Source of the DNA: an uncultured Candidatus Saccharibacteria bacterium | GTDB taxonomy: Bacteria > Patescibacteriota > Saccharimonadia > CAILAD01 > JADZBC01 | Direction of reading: 5' to 3' | Length of the DNA: 64,000 nt | NCBI GenBank assembly: GCA_964413715.1 | Contig: CAYPSN010000001.1 | Span: forward strand, 135,573-199,572 | Shown: one piece after another, positions 37,821 to 46,710 of the stretch | How positions within the stretch are numbered: the first letter of the stretch is position 1 | Layout of the letters: every line of letters starts with the position of its first letter | The notes under the pieces: generated by a model | Told to the model about the DNA's origin: nothing | What the model saw: the letters and a program-made list of their open reading frames with translations, nothing else | The model's database searches: none | Program-made: the position numbers and the translations under genes

Positions 37821-38509
37821 ACACTCGCCTCAACAAACGCATGGTCGAACTTGGGCTGGTTTCTTCTCGACGTAAAGCTGATGAACTTATTCAGACTGGC
37901 GGCGTAAAAGTAAACGGTAGTCCGGTTGAAAACCTGGCAACACGAGTCTCAGAAGACGACAGTGTGACCCTGTATGGCCGTAGCGGCAAAGCAAAGGCCA
38001 ACATTACCATCGCTTTCAACAAACCTGTTGGATACATTTGCACCCATCGATCACAGCGCAATGGGCAAAAAACTATCTTTGATTTGCTGCCACTTAATTT
38101 TGCCAGCCTGAAAATTGCTGGGCGACTCGACAAAGATAGCCAGGGCCTCATGCTGTTATCTTCGGATGGTGAACTTATTCAAAAAGTCTCACACCCATCC
38201 CAAGGAAAAAGTAAAACCTACAGTGTCCATCTCGATAAAAAAGTTGACAACGACGACCTCAGCAAACTACTGGCTGGAGTAAAGCTTGCCGACGGCATGA
38301 GTAAATTCGCGGAGGCACGTCGCATCAAACCACAAATTATCAGGGTCGTACTCACTGAAGGGCGCAACCGCCAAATCCGCCGCAGCTTCGAAGCGCTCGG
38401 TTACAAAGTTATAAAACTTGAGCGTACAAAGATTGGCAACATGACGCTTGGACTCCTCAAGCCAGGTGAACATCGTTTCATTAAACCAACAGAGGTGCTC
38501 GATGCTTAA
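37817..38509 (+). CDS. rluB: RsuA/RluB-family pseudouridine synthase
   Basis: S4 domain, GRLDKDSQGL, EGRNRQIRR; scpAB synteny. Confidence 0.85.
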   Translation: MNTRLNKRMVELGLVSSRRKADELIQTGGVKVNGSPVENLATRVSEDDSVTLYGRSGKAKANITIAFNKPVGYICTHRSQRNGQKTIFDLLPLNFASLKIAGRLDKDSQGLMLLSSDGELIQKVSHPSQGKSKTYSVHLDKKVDNDDLSKLLAGVKLADGMSKFAEARRIKPQIIRVVLTEGRNRQIRRSFEALGYKVIKLERTKIGNMTLGLLKPGEHRFIKPTEVLDA

Positions 38510-39419
38510 TGCCATATCTGGCTTTTTGCTCGTCATAAGCAGCCTGCTGCCGGCTAATACTGCCGTACTCGCACTTCGCGAGAATGTCACCCAGCAAGCA
38601 GTACGCAACACTACGGACACTACGCCGAGGGTGCAATCAATTACGAGCAGCTACGCAGCCTTACCAACGACGATGCAGAGTAGTGATGCAGCAATCGACG
38701 CAAAAGCTGCTAAGTTTTACGACATTGGCTCAGCACGAACATTACTTGCTAAAAATACTGACACTCGGCTGCCAATTGCTTCGATCACCAAGATCATGAC
38801 GGCCCTCGTGATATTGCAGAACCATGAGTTAAACGAAACAGTCACAATTCCGGCGCTACCACCACAGCTAGACGGCAGCCAAGCCATGGGCATTAAGCCA
38901 GGCGAGCAATTTGTGCTTTCTGAAGCGCTCGTGGGCATGCTGACGCTGTCGGCGAACGACATGGCCCAGGCCTTAGCGATTTGGGACAGTGGCAGCGAAG
39001 AAGAGTTTGTGCGCAAGATGAATCGCATGGCAGCAGAGTGGGGACTTGCGAACACCAAATATAGTGATGCCACTGGGCTGAGCAGCGAAGGCGCCTACTC
39101 AACAGCTGATGATTTAGTCGTACTCGCAACGATCGCACTTAGGAGCGGCTTTGTACGACAAGCCACCAGCCAGCCGCGCTACACAGTGCGAACCACCACC
39201 GGCAAGCCTTACGTTGTAACTACCACCAACCAGCTGCTTGGCAAAAACGGCGTGATTGGACTCAAGACGGGCTACACACTAGCGGCCGGTCAATGCCTCG
39301 TAAGCCTGACAAGACAAGGTGGACGTGAGATAATTGGAGTGATTCTGGGCAGCAGTGATCGATTTGGACAAACCAGACTTACGCTCAACCGCATAGAACG
39401 AATATATGAATGGAAGTAA
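38502..39419 (+). CDS. D-alanyl-D-alanine carboxypeptidase (S11)
   Basis: SITK, SAND, KTG. Confidence 0.92.
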   Translation: MLNAISGFLLVISSLLPANTAVLALRENVTQQAVRNTTDTTPRVQSITSSYAALPTTMQSSDAAIDAKAAKFYDIGSARTLLAKNTDTRLPIASITKIMTALVILQNHELNETVTIPALPPQLDGSQAMGIKPGEQFVLSEALVGMLTLSANDMAQALAIWDSGSEEEFVRKMNRMAAEWGLANTKYSDATGLSSEGAYSTADDLVVLATIALRSGFVRQATSQPRYTVRTTTGKPYVVTTTNQLLGKNGVIGLKTGYTLAAGQCLVSLTRQGGREIIGVILGSSDRFGQTRLTLNRIERIYEWK

Positions 39420-39420
39420 C

Positions 39421-40761
39421 ATGAACAAAATTAAGAAACCAGTCGTACTCATCATTGGCCAGCCCAACGTGGGAAAATCAACTCTCTTCAATCGCCTAAC
39501 CAATACTAATCAGGCAATTGTGGCGGACGTTGCGGGCACCACTCGTGATCTTGTCGAAGGCGAGGTAGAATGGCGCGGGCAAGCATTTCAGCTGGTAGAC
39601 AGTGCTGGGCTCGCCAAGTCAGATGATTTTTTAGTCCGCCGTGCTCAAGATAAAATTGCCGAATCTATTGAACAGGCCGACCTGGTTGTGATGCTGGTTG
39701 ATGCAACGGTACCGATTGATGCGCACGACCGCAAAGTCGCCCAGCAAATATTAAAAAGCGACAAGTCAGCCATCCTCGCGCTCAACAAAGTTGATAAGAC
39801 TCAAAAATCTGGCCCCGCCGATTCGTTTGAACGATTGGGCATTAAGCACATCGTACCACTCGCCGCCATAAGCGGGCAGGGTAGTGGTGATTTATTGGAC
39901 GCCATAGTAGAGCAAATTGAGGCACCACCAACCGAGCTGGCCGAAACTGATTCCAACACCATTCGAGTAGCCATCCTTGGTCGACCCAACGTGGGTAAGT
40001 CAAGCCTACTCAATAAGATTATTAATTCACCTAAGGCACTGGTTTCAGACGTGGGTGGTACAACGCGCGACATTAATTATGGCTCGGTTGAGTTCGGTGG
40101 AAAAACGATTGTCTTTGCCGATACTGCCGGGTTGCGTCGTCCGGGCAAGATCGACCGAGGCATAGAGTACTTTTCAAGCTTACGTACCAAAAAAGCCATT
40201 GCCTGGGCACACGTTTGCTTAGTTCTCTTGGATGCCAATGAGAGCAACGTAGCACAAGACCAGAACATCGCTGGCTTGGTCAAAGAAGCTGGCAAGGGCT
40301 TGGTGCTCGTAGTCAACAAGTGGGACGCCGTCGAAGACAAAGACGACAACACGATGCAGCGCTTAGCGAATTACATTAGCGCTCGGTATCAGTTTGTATG
40401 GTGGGCGCCGCTTATCTTTACTTCGGCAATCACCGGGCTTAATCTAGATAAAATCTTTGAGCTCATTACCAACATCCACCACAACACCAGTACTACTTTG
40501 CCCACAGCCAAGCTCAATAAGATTCTGCAGCAAGCCACGGCCAAACAGCCGCCAGTTGGCCTAAAGAATACACACCCTAAGCTGAACTACATAACCCAAA
40601 CCGGCACAAATCCGCCCGAATTTACGATTTTCGCCACACATCCAGACATGATTCAGTTCTCTTACCCTCGCTATCTGGAAAACGTCTTGCGTGAGAACGG
40701 CGAATTTGCCGGTACTCCTATAAAAATCATCTTCCGGCACAAACGCAAGGAGGAGCGATGA
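39421..40761 (+). CDS. der: Ribosome biogenesis GTPase Der
   Basis: Two G.PNVGKS domains + KH-like C-terminus. Confidence 0.96.
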   Translation: MNKIKKPVVLIIGQPNVGKSTLFNRLTNTNQAIVADVAGTTRDLVEGEVEWRGQAFQLVDSAGLAKSDDFLVRRAQDKIAESIEQADLVVMLVDATVPIDAHDRKVAQQILKSDKSAILALNKVDKTQKSGPADSFERLGIKHIVPLAAISGQGSGDLLDAIVEQIEAPPTELAETDSNTIRVAILGRPNVGKSSLLNKIINSPKALVSDVGGTTRDINYGSVEFGGKTIVFADTAGLRRPGKIDRGIEYFSSLRTKKAIAWAHVCLVLLDANESNVAQDQNIAGLVKEAGKGLVLVVNKWDAVEDKDDNTMQRLANYISARYQFVWWAPLIFTSAITGLNLDKIFELITNIHHNTSTTLPTAKLNKILQQATAKQPPVGLKNTHPKLNYITQTGTNPPEFTIFATHPDMIQFSYPRYLENVLRENGEFAGTPIKIIFRHKRKEER

Positions 40762-41327
40762 AGCTTGTTGTTGGCTTGGGTAATGTAGGCGCGCAGTTCG
40801 CAAACACCCGTCACAATGCAGGTTTTATGGTCGTAGATGAGCTAGCAAAGCAACTCGATGCCACCCCGTGGGAACACAAACCCAAACTTTTTGCCTTTAC
40901 AGCTACCAGCTTAGTTGGCGCAGACAAAGTAATGCTCGCTAAGCCCGATACCATGATGAATGTGAGTGGCAAAGCCGTGCGAGCCTTGATTGATTTTTAC
41001 AAAATTCCACTCGAAGATGTTTTGGTGGTTTCTGATGATTTAGACTTAGCGTATGGAAAAATCCGCGTGCGCCAGGGAGGCAGTAGCGGAGGACAGAATG
41101 GCTTGCGCTCAATCATTGACTCGGTTGGAGCAGATTTTGTGCGCATGCGAATCGGCATCGCCAGCGAAGATAGACGCGAACATGCTCCAAGTAACTTCGT
41201 ACTCAGCAGCTTTAGCGACTCCGAAGCAAAACATTTACCAACTATTATAAGTGAGGCCACACAAATTGTCCGCCAACTCATAACTGACGGTGTAGAACAT
41301 ATTTCTAAGACAATTTTAGACAATTAG
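40758..41327 (+). CDS. pth: Peptidyl-tRNA hydrolase
   Basis: VGLGN, TRHNAGF, MN.SG, GG.NG. Confidence 0.95.
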   Translation: MKLVVGLGNVGAQFANTRHNAGFMVVDELAKQLDATPWEHKPKLFAFTATSLVGADKVMLAKPDTMMNVSGKAVRALIDFYKIPLEDVLVVSDDLDLAYGKIRVRQGGSSGGQNGLRSIIDSVGADFVRMRIGIASEDRREHAPSNFVLSSFSDSEAKHLPTIISEATQIVRQLITDGVEHISKTILDN

Positions 41328-41378
41328 CCCAAAATTCGACTGCTTCAGTAGCGATACTTATACGAACAGTTTAGAATT

Positions 41379-41628
41379 AAAAGAGACTCGCTTCAGTTAA
41401 GGAGTCGAGTCCGTTTTAACACCCTCTAATGCCCCCTATATATTTGGGATTTTGCAGTCGCTTCAAAATAAGACCGTGGCAATTAAAGGGAGTAATCTGC
41501 TCCGAGAACCTAAAGGAGGGTGAGTTTTAGGTTTAGCCTCGAGAGCAGATTACTCACTTCAATAATGAGGTGAGTATTGGTGTGAGGTGCACTCTCTTGA
41601 AGCCATTTTTAGGTGGCTTTATAAGAGC
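41379..41628 (-). ncRNA. Candidate ~250-nt structured ncRNA
   Basis: TTGACA-17-TAGTAT (41635-41663), 13-bp perfect stem 41490-41555, U-tailed hairpin at 3' end, no SD-led ORF. Confidence 0.5.
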
Positions 41629-41725
41629 CTATGTATACTAACATAGTATAAGCTTTTTGTCAACACTTTTTACAGGAGAATATTCTTACCTTTTATGCTT
41701 TACAGGTTAGAATACTAATATTTCT

Positions 41726-42571
41726 ATGCAATATATAGATTATAAAAGCAACAATTTTCCGCTACTGTTACGCGATATAAGCTCACCACCAAAAGAGCTT
41801 TTCGTACTTGGGAACATACCCGATCTACCAATGGTCGCAATTGTAGGAAGTAGAGCCGTGACTGACTATGGCCGCCAAATGACCTACCGCCTAGCTTACG
41901 ACTTGGCAAAAGCTGGCTTGTGTATAGTGAGCGGCTTGGCACTCGGCGTAGATGCCATAGCACACCGAGCAGCGCTTGAAGCCAAGGGTGCCACATTGGC
42001 AGTGCTAGCTGGCGGACTCGACTGCCCATCACCACGCTCGAATTATGGACTTATGCAAGAAATTCTAGCAGCTGGCCATGGTGTAATAAGTGAATACCCG
42101 GCAGGGACAACTTCATTCAAACAGAACTTCCCGGCGCGTAACCGTATTATCGCCGGTCTTAGCCTGGCAACTGTCATAACGGAGGCTAATGCCAGTAGCG
42201 GCTCGCTTATTACCGCTAATTTTGCTTTGCAGGAAAACCGCCTCGTCATGGCCGTTCCAGGCAACGTTACCAGCCCGCGCTCAGCTGGACCAAATAATCT
42301 CCTGAAATGTGGCGCCAAGCCAGTTACCGATGCTGTTGATGTGCTCTCTGAGCTAGGCCTAGAGAGTACCGTCGTAAAATCGCAAAAGCGCAAGGCAGAC
42401 TCAGCCGAAGAAGCACGCCTTATGGAATTGATCGAATCAGGGTACCTTACCACACATGATTTAATTGATAACTGCGACATATCGGCCGATAAAATCGCCA
42501 GTATGCTGAGTCTGATGGAAATAACCGGCAAAATCCGCAATATTGGTGCTGGCCAATGGGTGCTTACCTAG
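41726..42571 (+). CDS. dprA: DNA processing protein DprA
   Basis: VAIVGSR, SGLALGVD..AH, FPARNRIIAGLS, SGSLITA. Confidence 0.95.
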   Translation: MQYIDYKSNNFPLLLRDISSPPKELFVLGNIPDLPMVAIVGSRAVTDYGRQMTYRLAYDLAKAGLCIVSGLALGVDAIAHRAALEAKGATLAVLAGGLDCPSPRSNYGLMQEILAAGHGVISEYPAGTTSFKQNFPARNRIIAGLSLATVITEANASSGSLITANFALQENRLVMAVPGNVTSPRSAGPNNLLKCGAKPVTDAVDVLSELGLESTVVKSQKRKADSAEEARLMELIESGYLTTHDLIDNCDISADKIASMLSLMEITGKIRNIGAGQWVLT

Positions 42572-42641
42572 AATAATCTTGTAAAACCACTCAAACGAGG
42601 TAATAATATACTGGTTCACACCTCAATGCCGGGAGGCTACC

Positions 42642-42980
42642 TTGAACCTACAACATCAATACAGTGTTCCAGCCAGATCAACCTCTAAGCCAGAGGGAGG
42701 CATCGCCACCTTCTGGCTCGTCATGATCATCCTAGGACTCGCTGCATTGTTCGGAGTGACCATCTGGGCTGGCTTCACCAACCGGAACCCCCTGATAGAA
42801 CAGCCGAGCAGGAAGACCGTTCGCGAGATAGATGACGCCACAACCTACAAGGTGATCTACCTGGGTGAGAAGTGGCTGTACTGCATTGCTGGTTACGAGG
42901 GTCAGGCCCAAGTGATCAACAGCTGCGACTACAGCCGCTTCTACCGCGACCATCCGAAGCTGGGCAACAAGCCGAGCTGA
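42642..42980 (+). CDS. Orphan single-TM protein unit between dprA and topA
   Basis: GGGAGG SD before TTG; GC-rich codons; double hairpin 42993-43077. Confidence 0.7.
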   Translation: MNLQHQYSVPARSTSKPEGGIATFWLVMIILGLAALFGVTIWAGFTNRNPLIEQPSRKTVREIDDATTYKVIYLGEKWLYCIAGYEGQAQVINSCDYSRFYRDHPKLGNKPS

Positions 42981-43222
42981 ACTTGGCCAAAGAGGGGTGG
43001 GGCGGTAATGATACGCCCCACCAAAGAACTATGCATACACGCGACTTGAGAGCAAAGCCTTCAGGTCGCTTTGCATTTGAGTAACACTGTCTTACAGATT
43101 GGTATTTTGACAAGTCCATAACCACTCTGTATAGTCTCTGATTGTGACTTTAAGCCAACCTTCATGGTGGCTTACTATATTAACTTGCAAAGCAACCTTA
43201 TAAGCATTAGCATTACAAAGAC

Positions 43223-45529
43223 ATGACCAAAAACCTCGTAATCGTAGAAAGCCCGGCCAAGGCAGAAACAATTGAGAAGTACTTGGGTAAAGAATTCCAG
43301 GTACTCTCGAGCATTGGCCACATTCGCTCCATCGCCAAAAAAGGCAAGGGTGGCGCTGAACCTATTGAGGTACAAAACGGCTTCAAAACTACCTACGAAG
43401 TTGATCCAGAAAAAAAGAAGGTGATTACTGAACTCAAGAAGGCCGTTAAATCAGCTGAGGCTGTGTGGCTCGCTACCGATGAAGACCGCGAAGGGGAGGC
43501 TATTGCATGGCATTTATGCAAAGTGCTCGGCCTAGATACGAGCAAAACGAAACGTATTGTATTCCACGAGATTACCGAGTCCGCGCTAAAAGAAGCAATA
43601 GCTTCGCCACGCACGGTGGATATGAAGCTGGTAGAGGCTCAACAGGCGCGACAGATCCTTGACCGGATTGTAGGCTTTGAGCTTTCGCCGGTCGTATGGC
43701 AGAAGGTACCTGGTGGCAAATCCGCCGGACGCGTACAATCGCCAGCCGTTCGACTACTTGTGGAGCGCGAGCGAGAAATTCGTGAGTTCAAACCAACTGA
43801 GCAGTATAAGATTACAGCGGAATTTCAGCATAAAGCCGAACCGTTCAAGGCCGAGTTGCCAACAAAGTTTGAGAGCGAAAAGGCAGCTCACGATTTCCTA
43901 AAGAGCCTCATTGGTGCAGATTTTAGTGTGTCAGATGTAGCTACCAAACCCAGCAAGCGCAACCCTGGTGCACCTTACACCACTAGTACCCTGCAGCAAG
44001 ATGCCAACTCTCGGCTCGGCTTTAGCGCCAAAGCCACCATGACAGCAGCGCAAAAACTCTACCAAGAGGGTAAAATCACCTACATGCGTACTGATTCAAC
44101 GAACCTGAGTGAGCAGTCGCTTAAACAAATAGAGCAGTATATTGGCAGTCAGTTTGGCATAAACTACCAACACCCTCGCCGATTCAAGACAAAGTCGTCC
44201 AGCGCCCAGGAGGCCCACGAAGCAATTCGACCGACTGATGTTTCCCAAGAAAAAGTCAGCAGCAATGCATACGATCAAAAACTCTATGATTTAATTCGCC
44301 GACGCACCCTAGCCAGTCAAATGGCGCCAGCAGAGCTGGAACGAACCAACGTAACTATTAACATCTCAACCGCTGCGGAGACTTTTGTAGCCAAGGGGGA
44401 AGTGGTGCTTTTCGATGGCTTTATGAAGGTTTACGGCGGCGGCAAGCAAGATCCTGACCTATTACCAGCCCTTGAGAGTGGCGACGCCTTACAGCTCAAC
44501 ACCGCCCAGGCAAAACAAATTTTCAGCAAGCCACCAGCCCGATATACCGAAGGTAGTTTGGTGAAAAAACTCGAAGACCTCGGTATCGGCAGGCCCTCTA
44601 CGTACGCAACAATTATTTCGACTATCCAAACACGGGGTTATGTCGAGAAGGGCGAAGGTGAAGGTGAACCACGTGATATTATTTTGCTGTCATTAGACAA
44701 CAAAGAAGTTAAGAAGGAAGTTATACAAGAAAAAACAGGCGCCGACAAAGGAAAGCTCGTTCCGACTCCGAGTGGGGAGCTGATCAGTGATTTCTTACAT
44801 GCCTACTTTACCCAAGTGGTGGACTACGGCTTTACAGCTAAAATCGAAGATGAGCTCGATGAGGTTGCAGCCGGCAAAATGCCGCGCAATACTATGCTCA
44901 ATGACTTTTACGAGCCATTTCATAGCTTGATTAAAAAGTCAGGCACTATCGAGCGTGCCGCCGTGGCACAAGCCCGCGAAGTTGGCGTTAACCCCAAAAA
45001 TGGTCGCATGATTTACGCCCGTTTCGGCAAATATGGGCCAATGCTACAGATGGGCAGCACCGACGACAAAGAAAACAAGCCGACATTCGCTCCTATGCCT
45101 GCCGGCAAGCGCATCGATGACGTTTCGCTCGAAGAAGCGCTGGTAATGTTTAAACTGCCGCGTACTGTTGGCCAAACAGCAGACGGCGAAGAAATCACCG
45201 CCAATATCGGCCCGTTCGGCCCATATGTAAAAATCGGCAAACTCTATGTATCTATTAAGCCAGAAAGTCCCTTCGACATCACCCTAGAGCGCGCACGAGA
45301 GCTTATTGAAGCCAAGCAAGCAGCTGAAGCAGCTAAGTTCATCCAGCAGTTCAAAGACGAGGGCATTGATGTGATTAATGGTCGATACGGCCCCTACGTA
45401 ACCGATGGCAAAAAGAATGCCAAGCTGCCCAAGGATGAAGATCCAGCCAAAATTTCACTCGAAAAACTTAAGCAAATTCTAGACGAAGCGCCTCTTAAAG
45501 CAAAGCGTCCACGTCGTCGCAAGCCCTAA
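43223..45529 (+). CDS. topA: DNA topoisomerase I
   Basis: IVESPAKA, D.DREGE, SAGRVQS, ITYMRTD, Toprim_C repeats. Confidence 0.97.
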   Translation: MTKNLVIVESPAKAETIEKYLGKEFQVLSSIGHIRSIAKKGKGGAEPIEVQNGFKTTYEVDPEKKKVITELKKAVKSAEAVWLATDEDREGEAIAWHLCKVLGLDTSKTKRIVFHEITESALKEAIASPRTVDMKLVEAQQARQILDRIVGFELSPVVWQKVPGGKSAGRVQSPAVRLLVEREREIREFKPTEQYKITAEFQHKAEPFKAELPTKFESEKAAHDFLKSLIGADFSVSDVATKPSKRNPGAPYTTSTLQQDANSRLGFSAKATMTAAQKLYQEGKITYMRTDSTNLSEQSLKQIEQYIGSQFGINYQHPRRFKTKSSSAQEAHEAIRPTDVSQEKVSSNAYDQKLYDLIRRRTLASQMAPAELERTNVTINISTAAETFVAKGEVVLFDGFMKVYGGGKQDPDLLPALESGDALQLNTAQAKQIFSKPPARYTEGSLVKKLEDLGIGRPSTYATIISTIQTRGYVEKGEGEGEPRDIILLSLDNKEVKKEVIQEKTGADKGKLVPTPSGELISDFLHAYFTQVVDYGFTAKIEDELDEVAAGKMPRNTMLNDFYEPFHSLIKKSGTIERAAVAQAREVGVNPKNGRMIYARFGKYGPMLQMGSTDDKENKPTFAPMPAGKRIDDVSLEEALVMFKLPRTVGQTADGEEITANIGPFGPYVKIGKLYVSIKPESPFDITLERARELIEAKQAAEAAKFIQQFKDEGIDVINGRYGPYVTDGKKNAKLPKDEDPAKISLEKLKQILDEAPLKAKRPRRRKP

Positions 45530-45672
45530 GCCTTAATCTGTTACTACAAAATATTCATCGATTTTTTGTGTTGACTAATACCATTGTATATAGTATAATT
45601 GCTCATGTCGTATTCGATCATAAGCCGTTGGCTGATCGAAATAACTGCTAACAGCGAGGGTGAACGTAAGCA

Positions 45673-46701
45673 ATGACTAAAACGAACCGAACTCAATATC
45701 AACTAGAAGATTTACGAGCCATGATAGAGGCTTCACTCGAGATTTTGCGTAAAGACAGAGACCGCGAAATCTTAAGTAAGCGCCATGGTATTCTTGGTAA
45801 TGAACCACAAACACTCGAGCAAATCGGCCAGCAAATGGGTATTACTCGTGAGCGGGTTCGCCAAATCGAAAAAGCTGCTCTTACACGCATCCGCCAAGAA
45901 GAGGAGCTGAATCCTGCGTTAACAAAAGAAGTCCTAGCAGTACTCAATAACAAAGGTGGTATTGTACGTTTTGAATACATTACAGATGAGCTTACAGGTG
46001 GCGATTTTGCCCCAGAGCTTGGTTTTATTATCCGAACGAATCCAAAGTTTCACTATCTGGATAAAAACGACCTGCATGACAATCTAGTATTGCTAGCGGA
46101 CGTATACACCAGCGAAGATGTTAAAGCCCTTCATGATGAAATTTATAAAGCCACAAAGGCAATCGGCAAACCGGGCAAGTTTTCACTTATCGCGGCAAAA
46201 ATCGATGGCCCACACAAACCTGAGTCACTCAAAGAAATTGCCTATGCATCAGCAAAATTAGCTGAGCTGGAGGACAATTGGGGACTTAGCAATTGGCCAG
46301 AAGTGAATCCGAAGAGTATCCGCGACAAGGTATATTTGGTGCTTAAGAAAAACGGCCGACCTATGCATTTTTCAGATATTGCCAATAAACTGAGTCAAGT
46401 TCAGGCAAATCCAAAGAAAGTAACTACCCAGGCAGTGCACAACGAACTTATTAAAGACAAGCGTTTTGTTTTAATCGGTCGCGGTATTTATGCATTAGCG
46501 GAATGGGGCTACCAAGCAGGTACGGTAGCTGATATCATAGAAGAGATCCTACGAGAAGAGTCACCTTTAAGTAAAGAAGAAATCGTACGCCGCGTCCTAG
46601 CTCGTCGCCAGGTTAAGGTAACGACGATTGCACTCAACTTACAGGAAAAACCACAATTCGAACGAGTTGCTAAAGCAACTTACCAGCTTAAAAAGGCGTA
46701 A
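45673..46701 (+). CDS. Sigma70 region-4 + HARE-HTH/delta-like protein
   Basis: TLEQIG...GITRERVRQIE; C-terminal P.HF..I...VHNELI...RFVL.GRG.YAL; promoter TTGACT-17-TATAAT at 45571-45599. Confidence 0.8.
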   Translation: MTKTNRTQYQLEDLRAMIEASLEILRKDRDREILSKRHGILGNEPQTLEQIGQQMGITRERVRQIEKAALTRIRQEEELNPALTKEVLAVLNNKGGIVRFEYITDELTGGDFAPELGFIIRTNPKFHYLDKNDLHDNLVLLADVYTSEDVKALHDEIYKATKAIGKPGKFSLIAAKIDGPHKPESLKEIAYASAKLAELEDNWGLSNWPEVNPKSIRDKVYLVLKKNGRPMHFSDIANKLSQVQANPKKVTTQAVHNELIKDKRFVLIGRGIYALAEWGYQAGTVADIIEEILREESPLSKEEIVRRVLARRQVKVTTIALNLQEKPQFERVAKATYQLKKA

Positions 46702-46710
46702 AACATACTA

